Assembly (NCBI GenBank): GCA_963817615.1
Contig: CAWFPH010000002.1
Location: 769,168-833,167 of the forward strand
DNA: 64,000 bases
Direction of reading: 5' to 3'
From: an uncultured Gammaproteobacteria bacterium
GTDB taxonomy: Bacteria > Pseudomonadota > Gammaproteobacteria > Steroidobacterales > Rariloculaceae
Below are positions 52,114 to 64,000 of this stretch, piece after piece. The translations under genes and the position numbers were made by a program. Numbering within the stretch: the first letter of the stretch is position 1; the number at the start of each line of letters is the position of its first letter. The notes below the pieces were generated by a model that was not told where the DNA came from, did not search any database, and saw nothing but the letters and a program-made list of their open reading frames with translations.

Positions 52114-52806
52114 TCAGCCCTGCAGCGTCAACGGCGTGAGCGTGAGCTCCACGCGGCGGTTCTGCTGCCGGCCCGCGGGCGTGTCATTGGTCGCGATAGG
52201 CCGCGTCTCGCCCTCGCCGACCGTGATGATCCGGTCGCTGCGCACGCTGCGCGTACGCAGATAAGCGGCTACCGCGTTCGCCCGGCGCTCCGAGAGCTGC
52301 TGGTTGTAAGCGTCGGTGCCCGTGCTGTCGGTATGGCCGGCGACCTCGATCACCGTCTGTTCGTACTCGTTCACGACCATCGCGACCGAGTTCAACACTT
52401 CGAAAAAGCTCGCGTTGAGATCGGCGCTGTCGGTTTGGAACGTGATGTTCCCCGGCATGTTCAGCGTAATGTTGTTGCCGATTCGAGTGACGCTCACCCC
52501 GGTGCGCTCGAGCTCGGCGCGTAGCTTCGCCTCCTGCCGATCCATGTAGTTGCCCACGCCGGCGCCCGCAAGCGCTCCGAGGCCCGCGCCGACCAGCGCG
52601 CGCTTCTTGCGCTCGAGGGAGCTATCCCCGGTGATCAGGCCGGCGACTGCGCCCGCAGCCGCGCCGATCACGGCTTGGCGTTGGGCTTTCGCCGTCTTCT
52701 CCTCGCGAGTGTACGGATCGAGAGTCGTACATGCCGATAGCACGACCACGAGCCCGAGCAGGCAGGCGGCGGCTTTCGACAGCTGCTGGTTCGTCATACG
52801 GCTCAC
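52114..52806 (-). CDS. OmpA-family lipoprotein (peptidoglycan-binding)
   Basis: Lipobox LLGLVVVLSAC, a Gly-rich segment, and the OmpA_C motifs VAGHTDSTGTDAYNQQLSERRANAV...GRQQNRRVEL. Confidence 0.85.
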   Translation of the reverse strand: MSRMTNQQLSKAAACLLGLVVVLSACTTLDPYTREEKTAKAQRQAVIGAAAGAVAGLITGDSSLERKKRALVGAGLGALAGAGVGNYMDRQEAKLRAELERTGVSVTRIGNNITLNMPGNITFQTDSADLNASFFEVLNSVAMVVNEYEQTVIEVAGHTDSTGTDAYNQQLSERRANAVAAYLRTRSVRSDRIITVGEGETRPIATNDTPAGRQQNRRVELTLTPLTLQG

Positions 52807-52983
52807 TCCTTACTTAGCACCCCATACACGCGGCGGTATCATGCCGAGCGCAAGCTGAACGGAACGTGACTTGACGCCGCGAACAGGATACCCGAAAGCC
52901 GCCGAGGCGTTCCTCGGCCCGAGCGCGAGCGCGCGCCGCTGCGGAGCGCGCGCGCCTCGATCCGCCCCGGCAAAGCTACAGCC

Positions 52984-53682
52984 ATGTCCACAGTCAAGCT
53001 AGTCGCCGTCGTCGAGGACGAGGTCGCGATCCGCGACAACTACCTGGCTGGCTTACGCCGCCAAGGGTACCGCGTCGCTGGCTATGCCTCGCGGAGGGAG
53101 GCGCTTGCGGGCTTCGCGCAGCGCTTCCCGGATCTCGTGATCATCGACATTAACCTCGGAGCCGAGATCGAGGGCGGCTTCGAACTGTGCCGCGAGCTGC
53201 GCGCACAGTCGGCGCAGCTGCCGATCATCTTCCTCACGGCCCGCGAGAGCGAGCTCGATGCGGTGTCGGGCCTGCGTCTCGGCGCCGACGACTACTTGAC
53301 GAAGCGAACGAGCCTCGAGCATTTGCTCGCGCGCGTGGCGGCGCTGTTCCGGCGAATGGATGCGCTGCGGTCGACCGCGACGGCGGGCGAGCGGCTCGCG
53401 CAGGGCGCGCTCGTGCTCGATCGCGATCGCATGACGGCCGCGTGGCGGGATCACGCCGTGCCGCTGACCTTGACCGAGTTCTGGGTCGTGCATGCGCTCG
53501 CCGTCCATCCCGGCCACGTTCGTAGCCGTGAGCAGCTCATGGCCGCGGCCAACGTCGTGCTCGACGACGGTACGGTGACGTCGCAAATCAAGCGGATCCG
53601 CGCGAAGTTCCTCGCGGTCGATCCGGGATTCGACGCGATCCAGACGGTATACGGAATGGGCTACCGCTGGCACGCGGACTGA
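52984..53682 (+). CDS. OmpR/PhoB-type response regulator
   Basis: VAVVEDEVAIRDNY...LVIIDINLGAEIEGGFELC...LGADDYLTK, with the winged-helix C-terminus LTLTEFWVVHALAVHPGHVRSREQLM...VTSQIKRIRAKF...YGMGYRW. Confidence 0.9.
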   Translation: MSTVKLVAVVEDEVAIRDNYLAGLRRQGYRVAGYASRREALAGFAQRFPDLVIIDINLGAEIEGGFELCRELRAQSAQLPIIFLTARESELDAVSGLRLGADDYLTKRTSLEHLLARVAALFRRMDALRSTATAGERLAQGALVLDRDRMTAAWRDHAVPLTLTEFWVVHALAVHPGHVRSREQLMAAANVVLDDGTVTSQIKRIRAKFLAVDPGFDAIQTVYGMGYRWHAD

Positions 53683-53987
53683 CCTCTTTCCGCGTCGGCG
53701 CCGCCGGCGTCCGCGGATTGACGCGACAAGCAGCCGTTCCATATAGTTGATGCTGGCACAGGCCTGCTCCGGTCAACGAACGGCCCCTCCGCGGCGGATC
53801 GACTGGCCGACGGCTTTGACAGATCCAGCATCGTTACTGCCAGCCTGAAACAACAACTTAGAACGCGGAGCCCTTGGGCCACCGCTGGGTATAACCATGA
53901 CTAGACGCGCGCGAACAACGATGGCTCGTCTGCCAAACGGCGCCCAAGCGTCCGTCGCGGGCGACGCGTGCGAGGAGCTGCGACGCC

Positions 53988-58586
<4,599 letters not shown>

Positions 58587-58616
58587 AGAACATGCCACCT
58601 AGAACCGACACCGCGC

Positions 58617-60110
58617 ATGGGTAAGCCGACGGGCTTCATGGAGTATCCGAAGAAGAGCGTCCCGTATCGGGACGCTACGCAGCGGCTTGGCGATTTCCGC
58701 GAGATCTTCACGGAGCCCGCCGACGAGCATCTGCGCAACCAGGGCGCGCGCTGCATGGATTGCGGCGTCCCCTTTTGCCAATCCGACAACGGCTGTCCGA
58801 TCGACAACCTGATCCCGGAATGGAACGACCTCGTCTACCATGGACGGTGGCGCGATGCGCTCGATCGGTTGCACAAGACGAACAACTTCCCAGAGTTCAC
58901 CGGCCGCACGTGTCCCGCACCGTGCGAAGGCGCCTGTGTGCTCGGCATCACGGACCCCGCGGTCACCATCAAGAACATCGAGAACGCGATCATCGATCGC
59001 GGCTTCGCGGAAGGTTGGGTCGGACCGAGCACGCCCGAGGCACGCACCGGCAGACGCGTCGCGATCGTCGGCTCGGGTCCGGCCGGTCTCGCCGCGGCCG
59101 ATCAACTGAACAAGGCCGGGCATACGGTCACTGTCTACGAGCGGGCGGACCGCATCGGCGGCTTGCTGATGTACGGCATACCGAACATGAAGCTCGACAA
59201 GCGGGTCGTCAACCGGCGGGTGGAGCTCCTGCGCGCGAGCGGCATCGAGTTCATCGTGAACGCGGACGTCGGCAGGAACGTGGATCCGGCAGAGCTGCGC
59301 GCCGAGAACGACGCGCTGCTGCTCGCGACCGGCGCGACGCAGCCGCGCGACCTCGTGATCCCGGGCCGCATGCTCGGCGGCGTGCACTTCGCAATGGAAT
59401 TCCTGACCGCGAACACGAAGAGCCTGCTGAACAGCAATCTCGTTGACGGCCGCTACATCAGCGCAAAGGACAAGCGCGTCGTGGTGATCGGCGGCGGCGA
59501 CACGGGCGCCGATTGCATCGGAACCGCGTTGCGCCATGGGTGCCGCAGCATGATCAACCTCGAGCTGCTCGAGCAGCCGCCGGAGCGGCGCGCGCTCGAC
59601 AATCCATGGCCGCTGTGGCCCAAGATCCGGCGCACCGACTATGCTCACGAGGAGTCGATCGCGCGTTTCGGGGCGGATCCGCGCAATTACGCGGTCGTGT
59701 CGAAGGAGTTCGTGAACGGCGACGCGGGCAGAGTCGGCGCGCTCAGGATCGTACGCGTCGAATGGCAGCCGACGGACGGCGCGCCGAAGATGGTCGAGCT
59801 CGAGGGCACCGCGGAATCGCTCGAGGCCGATCTCGTACTGCTCGCGCTCGGGTTCCTCGGTCCGGAGGCTTACCTCGCGCAATCCCTGGGCGTCGAGCTC
59901 GACGCACGCTCGAATTATCGCGCCGTGCACGGCCGGTTCGCGACGAGCGTGCCGGCGGTGTTCGCCGCCGGCGATTGCCGGCGCGGGCAATCGCTGGTCG
60001 TGTGGGCAATCAACGAAGGGCGAGGGGCTGCCCGCGCGGTCGACGAGTTCTTGATGGGGTCGAGCATGCTGCCCGCGCCGAAGCTCAGCTTGGGTGGCGC
60101 CACGAGCTAG
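58617..60110 (+). CDS. gltD: glutamate synthase small subunit (NADPH)
   Basis: [10 protein letters not shown]...CPAPCEGAC, then [17 protein letters not shown] and [13 protein letters not shown]. Confidence 0.95.
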   Translation: MGKPTGFMEYPKKSVPYRDATQRLGDFREIFTEPADEHLRNQGARCMDCGVPFCQSDNGCPIDNLIPEWNDLVYHGRWRDALDRLHKTNNFPEFTGRTCPAPCEGACVLGITDPAVTIKNIENAIIDRGFAEGWVGPSTPEARTGRRVAIVGSGPAGLAAADQLNKAGHTVTVYERADRIGGLLMYGIPNMKLDKRVVNRRVELLRASGIEFIVNADVGRNVDPAELRAENDALLLATGATQPRDLVIPGRMLGGVHFAMEFLTANTKSLLNSNLVDGRYISAKDKRVVVIGGGDTGADCIGTALRHGCRSMINLELLEQPPERRALDNPWPLWPKIRRTDYAHEESIARFGADPRNYAVVSKEFVNGDAGRVGALRIVRVEWQPTDGAPKMVELEGTAESLEADLVLLALGFLGPEAYLAQSLGVELDARSNYRAVHGRFATSVPAVFAAGDCRRGQSLVVWAINEGRGAARAVDEFLMGSSMLPAPKLSLGGATS

Positions 60111-60144
60111 CGGCTCCGGATTTTCGGTCTAGACTGGTAGAGCG

Positions 60145-60804
60145 ATGTTCGGCTGCAAAACCCTCGCGATGCCTTCGAAGGAACAGGCTCTGCCCGGCAG
60201 GCCCGAGCCCATCCAGCTCGTCGACCGTCACTTCGTGCTCGGCAACCCTTTGAAGCCGCCGTTTCCGCCGCGCATGCGGCGCGCAGTGTTTGGAATGGGC
60301 TGCTTTTGGGGCGCTGAGCGGCTGTTCTGGACGATGCAGGGCGTATACAGCACGGCCGTCGGCTACGCGGGCGGCTACACGGAGAACCCCACCTACGAGG
60401 AAGTGTGCAGCGGGCTCACCGGGCACACCGAGGTCGTCGTCGTGATCTACGATCCCGGAATCGTGGCGTATCGACGGCTGCTCGAGGTGTTCTGGGAATC
60501 GCACGACCCGACGCAGGGAATGCGCCAAGGCGCCGACTTCGGCACCCAGTATCGCTCGGCAATCTACTGTTTCGACGATGCGCAGCTTGAGGAAGCCGAG
60601 GCGAGCCGGTCCCAGTACCAGAGCCTGCTGACCGCGCGGCGCTTGGCGAGGATCACGACCGAGATCTCGGGCGCACCGGCGTTGTACTACGCCGAGGATT
60701 ATCACCAGCAGTATCTCGCTAAGAACCCTCAGGGGTATTGCGGCATCGGCGGCGTCGGCGTGTCGTTCACGTCGGCCGAGCATCGAGCCGGCGCCCGCGA
60801 ATAG
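60145..60804 (+). CDS. msrA: peptide-methionine (S)-S-oxide reductase
   Basis: [16 protein letters not shown]...[26 protein letters not shown]...[11 protein letters not shown]. The start is possibly ATG 60169. Confidence 0.9.
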   Translation: MFGCKTLAMPSKEQALPGRPEPIQLVDRHFVLGNPLKPPFPPRMRRAVFGMGCFWGAERLFWTMQGVYSTAVGYAGGYTENPTYEEVCSGLTGHTEVVVVIYDPGIVAYRRLLEVFWESHDPTQGMRQGADFGTQYRSAIYCFDDAQLEEAEASRSQYQSLLTARRLARITTEISGAPALYYAEDYHQQYLAKNPQGYCGIGGVGVSFTSAEHRAGARE

Positions 60805-60975
60805 CCCGCCGGCCGTTCGCTTCCACTCGTCGGCGTGCCGCCTGCCGCGTAGCGCCAGCGGCCTCGGCCGACCCCGAAGCGCGTCTCGACCGGCCGCCGC
60901 CCGAGCGGCGCTGCGCCGAGCGCGCAAGTCGAGCGATGGGCCAATCGATGGCGAACGTCCCGCCCGAAGCCGAGC

Positions 60976-61004
60976 TTGACTACATACCAACCAGTCGGTA
61001 TTGT
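60976..61004 (+). promoter_or_regulatory. candidate sigma-70 promoter with embedded imperfect palindrome (TetR operator candidate); predicts a leaderless transcript
   Basis: TTGACT (60976-60981), a 17-nt spacer, then TATTGT (60999-61004). The TetR ATG lies 7 nt after the -10 box. The spacer contains ATACCAACCAGTCGGTAT, with 14 of 18 positions self-complementary. Confidence 0.4.
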
Positions 61005-61010
61005 CCGCCC

Positions 61011-61646
61011 ATGGCACCGACCGATTCGACAGCCCAGCGAAAACCCAGCGCGCGCGACAAGCTGCTGGACGCGGCGCTGGCGCTGATCCGCGCGCGCGGC
61101 TACGCCGCGACCACGGTCGACGATCTATGCGCTCGGGCCGGCGTCACCAAGGGCGCGTTCTTTCATCACTTCAAGACCAAAGACGCGTTGGCGATCGCTG
61201 CCGCCAATCATTGGTCGGAGACCACCGGCCGGCTGTTCGCGGGCGCCTCGTACCACGAGCACGCCGATCCGCTCGACCGCGTGCTCGGTTATCTCGAGCT
61301 CCGCAAGGCCTTGCTCAAAGGCGAGGTCGCCGAGTTCACGTGCTTCGCGGGCACGATGCTACAAGAGGTATATCGCACGAGTCCCGATATCCGCGCGGCC
61401 TGCGAAGCGAGCATCGTCGGTCACGCCGCGCGTGTCGAGGCGGACATCGCCGCCGCGATGACCCACTACGGCATTCACGCGGATTGGACGGCCGAAAGCC
61501 TGGCGTTGCACACGCAGGCGGTTCTGCAAGGCGCCTTCATCCTGGCGAAGGCCAAGGGCGGCGCCGCCGTCGCGGCCGCGAGCATCGACCATCTACGCCG
61601 CTACATCGAGCTTCTGTTCGAGCGGCCGAGTCGCGCGAACGGTTGA
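61011..61646 (+). CDS. TetR/AcrR-family transcriptional regulator
   Basis: Start at ATG 61011. SARDKLLDAALALIRARGYAATTVDDLCARAGVTKGAFFHHFKTKDAL is the TetR HTH. Confidence 0.85.
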   Translation: MAPTDSTAQRKPSARDKLLDAALALIRARGYAATTVDDLCARAGVTKGAFFHHFKTKDALAIAAANHWSETTGRLFAGASYHEHADPLDRVLGYLELRKALLKGEVAEFTCFAGTMLQEVYRTSPDIRAACEASIVGHAARVEADIAAAMTHYGIHADWTAESLALHTQAVLQGAFILAKAKGGAAVAAASIDHLRRYIELLFERPSRANG

Positions 61647-61698
61647 TCCCATTGCCAACCGCGTTCGCGCGGCACAACTCACCACGAAGGAGAAGACC

Positions 61699-62052
61699 AT
61701 GAAGACGTTCTTAGCGATCTACACAGGCACCCCGGGCGCGCTCGAGTCCTGGCGCGCACTTCCCGAGCAGGAGCTCAAAGCGCGGCAAGCGCGCGGCATG
61801 CAAGCATGGCGCGACTGGGCCGAGCGCAATCAAGACGCAATCGTCGCCACCGGCTCGCCGCTCGGACGCACGAAGCGCGTATCGAAGCGGGGACTCGAGG
61901 ACATTCGTAACCAAATGGGCGCTTACACGATCGTTCGGGCCGAGTCTCATGAAGCCGCCGCCAAGCTCTTCGAGAATCACCCACACTTCACGACGTTCCC
62001 GGGCGAAGCCGTGGAAGTGATGGAGTGCCTACCGCTACCCCAGCAAGCGTGA
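61699..62052 (+). CDS. small hypothetical protein (possibly YCII/dimeric alpha-beta barrel like)
   Basis: 117-aa ORF with AAGGAGAAG 5 nt upstream of the ATG. It has globular composition. The family was not recognised with confidence. Confidence 0.55.
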   Translation: MKTFLAIYTGTPGALESWRALPEQELKARQARGMQAWRDWAERNQDAIVATGSPLGRTKRVSKRGLEDIRNQMGAYTIVRAESHEAAAKLFENHPHFTTFPGEAVEVMECLPLPQQA

Positions 62053-62057
62053 GCGCC

Positions 62058-62501
62058 ATGCCGAACACAGTACGTCTTCATCGCGTGCTCGCCACCAAGC
62101 CCGAGAAGATCTATCGCGCATTCGTCGAAGCTGACGCGATGGCGAAGTGGCTGCCGCCGAACGGTTTCACCTGCACGGTGCAGCACTTGGATGCAAAGGT
62201 CGGCGGGACCTACAAGATGTCGTTTCGCAACTTCACGACGGGAAGGAGTCACTCGTTTGGCGGTCGCTACTTGGAGCTCGTGCCGAATGAGCGGCTGCGG
62301 TATACGGATCGGTTCGACGATCCAAACTTGCCCGGCGAGATCCAAGTGACCGTCACGCTCGCGGCTACGCCGTTCGGGACCGAGCTGCAAATCGTGCAGG
62401 AAGGCCTGCCCGATGCGATACCGCTGCCGGCTTGCTATCTAGGCTGGCAACAATCGCTGCGCAACTTGGCGCGGCTCGTCGAGCCCGAGATCAACCAGTA
62501 G
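62058..62501 (+). CDS. SRPBCC-superfamily (AHSA1/START-like) protein
   Basis: Start at ATG 62058. VRLHRVLATKPEKIYRAFVEADAMAKWLPPNGF...GGTYKMSF...GRYLELVPNERLRY is typical of Aha1-domain SRPBCC proteins. Confidence 0.8.
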   Translation: MPNTVRLHRVLATKPEKIYRAFVEADAMAKWLPPNGFTCTVQHLDAKVGGTYKMSFRNFTTGRSHSFGGRYLELVPNERLRYTDRFDDPNLPGEIQVTVTLAATPFGTELQIVQEGLPDAIPLPACYLGWQQSLRNLARLVEPEINQ

Positions 62502-62539
62502 GCCGACGCATGCTCGAGCGGTACCGGGCGGCGGCGGGG

Positions 62540-64000
62540 CTACGGGGTGCGGCGCGGCAGCCGCACCGTGAAGGCGACCCCGCTGCCGTCCGGCAAATCG
62601 TCGGCCGTCGCGCTGCCGCCGTGAAACTTCGCGATCAGCGCGACGACATGCAGGCCAAGCCCGAGGTGCGGACGACCGTCGCGGCGATCGCGTATCGACA
62701 CCAGTGAATCGAACAGCTCACGACGCATCGTGCTCGGCAAAGGCGGCCCCCGATTCGTCACGCGCAGCTCGAGATCGTTGCCGGCCGGCTCGAGGGCGAC
62801 GTCGATGCGGCTGCCCGCGGGACTGAAGCTGACCGCGTTGTCGATGAGCTTGTCGAGCAGCTGCGCCATGAGTTCCCCCGAACCGAGCACCTCGGGGGCC
62901 GCCACGCGGTTCACGCACACGAACTCCCGCTGCGGGTACACGTCGCGATACGCACGGCAGCAGGATTCGACGACCGCACCGACATCGAAGGGCTCGGCCG
63001 CGGTCTCGCCGATCGCACGCTCGAGGTGCGTCGCTTCGCTCATCGCCGCCAAAATCGAGTCGAGCCGCTGCGCGCCCTGGCGCAGGCGTCCGAGGTATTC
63101 CCCGGCGGCGGGCGAGCTGCGCTCGTGCTCGAGATTGTCGAGCGATGTCGTGACGACGGCGAGCGGCGTACGCAGCTCGTGCGACAGCTTGCTCGCGAGC
63201 GTCTTGAGGTACTCCGTGTGCTCGCGCAGCCGCGCGAGCAGCTGGCCGAAGCTGCGCGCGAGGTCGCCGAGCTCGTCGCGCGCGGCGTCGCCCGGCAGGC
63301 CCGTACGAATCTCGCCGCGCGGACCGAGCGCCGTCTCAGCAGCGTGTGCGAGCCGGCGAACCCGCAACGATAGCCAAGTCGCGTAGCCGAGCAAGCCGAT
63401 TGCAACCACGATGCTTGCGAGAACGGTGATCGTCATCAGCCGGACGAGCGCCTGATTCGTGAGCGTGAGAATCGGATCGCTCGCCTGCTCGAGCAGCACC
63501 GCGCCCTCCAAGCCCGTCGGGCCGCGGATCGGTACCGCCGCCGCCACGATCGCATCGTGCTGCGCGCCCCGACCGTACCACGCCGTGGCCGGCGCGCCTG
63601 CCAACGCGCCGCGCAGCGCGTCCGCCGCGATGCGTCCGACGGGCTGCTCCTGCGGATAGGGCGGATCGTCGCGACCGAGCGCGAGGCGGAACAGCCGCGC
63701 GAGTGCCTCCGACGGCGTCGGTGCCGCCGTCGTCGAAGCGATCGCCCCGACGTCCGCGAGCACCCAGCCGTCCGGGTCGAGCACGCGGAACCGCCCGCCG
63801 CCGCTGCGACCGAACTGCTCGACGAGCGCCGCGAGCTCTGGTCTTTGGTAGACGAAGCGGCCGGGTGTCGCGGTCGAGTCGTCCCAGGTCGCGCTCAACC
63901 CGACGGTGTAGTCGGGACCGGGCGGGTCGACCCCGATTACGCCGACTCCGAGCGCCGAGCCTACGAGCGCCAGCGGCAGCCGCGCCTCGACCGCGTAGCC
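62540..64000 (-). CDS. sensor histidine kinase, 5' end outside the window
   Basis: The frame stays open to base 64000. It contains a TM segment plus HAMP-like linker, the H-box LSHELRTPLAVV, the N-box LLDKLIDNAVSF and the G-box HLGLGLHVV. Confidence 0.85.
   Translation of the reverse strand, partial: GYAVEARLPLALVGSALGVGVIGVDPPGPDYTVGLSATWDDSTATPGRFVYQRPELAALVEQFGRSGGGRFRVLDPDGWVLADVGAIASTTAAPTPSEALARLFRLALGRDDPPYPQEQPVGRIAADALRGALAGAPATAWYGRGAQHDAIVAAAVPIRGPTGLEGAVLLEQASDPILTLTNQALVRLMTITVLASIVVAIGLLGYATWLSLRVRRLAHAAETALGPRGEIRTGLPGDAARDELGDLARSFGQLLARLREHTEYLKTLASKLSHELRTPLAVVTTSLDNLEHERSSPAAGEYLGRLRQGAQRLDSILAAMSEATHLERAIGETAAEPFDVGAVVESCCRAYRDVYPQREFVCVNRVAAPEVLGSGELMAQLLDKLIDNAVSFSPAGSRIDVALEPAGNDLELRVTNRGPPLPSTMRRELFDSLVSIRDRRDGRPHLGLGLHVVALIAKFHGGSATADDLPDGSGVAFTVRLPRRTP

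Noticed and set aside
53755-53769. Sigma-54-like element TGGCACaggccTGCT upstream of gltB.
   Set aside because: The GG-to-GC spacing is one nucleotide shorter than the strict -24/-12 spacing of sigma-54 promoters, and the element lies about 220 nt from the gltB start. Pattern match only.

Overview
This is high-GC bacterial chromosomal DNA: hand counts on a few 60-nt lines give about 68-70% GC in the housekeeping part. Gene order looks gammaproteobacterial (ftsY-ftsE-ftsX-rpoH, radC/coaBC/dut, rpmB-rpmG, gltB-gltD). All calls come from reading the supplied translations and the DNA by eye. No database search was run, so family names rest on remembered motifs.

The window has two parts.

(1) Bases ~385-20442 are a mosaic accessory region ending at a tRNA-Phe(GAA) gene (20443-20518, minus strand).
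- A tyrosine integrase lies next to the tRNA and an AlpA-type regulator sits at the far end.
- Apparently intact genes: a YtrA/GntR-ABC transporter operon, two small exported proteins and a membrane protein.
- Decayed or rearranged genes: a HepT/MNT toxin-antitoxin pair with a decayed toxin, several gene remnants (erythromycin-esterase-like, PanE-like), two IS91-family transposase pieces in opposite orientation, and a duplicated FtsX-type permease with a disrupted N-terminus.
- A clearly lower-GC three-gene cassette (AraC regulator, NTF2/SnoaL-like protein, DUF2306-like membrane protein).
- Most notable: an archaeo-eukaryotic primase (PrimPol)-SF2 helicase fusion gene broken by a single in-frame TGA. 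It lies tail-to-tail, 3 nt apart, with a NYN-domain nuclease gene.

(2) Bases 20.6-64 kb are ordinary housekeeping genes:
- egtB-egtD, acs, ppdK, yggX, mutY, an AsmA-family gene.
- Two tandem REC-EAL genes plus a NarL-type response regulator.
- tRNA-Gly, trmB, ampG, xthA, pyrE, dut, coaBC, radC, rpmB/rpmG, a desaturase, mutM, ggt, coaD, rsmD.
- ftsYEX, rpoH, an OmpA-like lipoprotein, an OmpR-type regulator, gltBD, msrA, a TetR operon and a histidine kinase cut by the window end.

I saw no rRNA genes and no CRISPR array. Many long ORFs antisense to real genes are high-GC artefacts.
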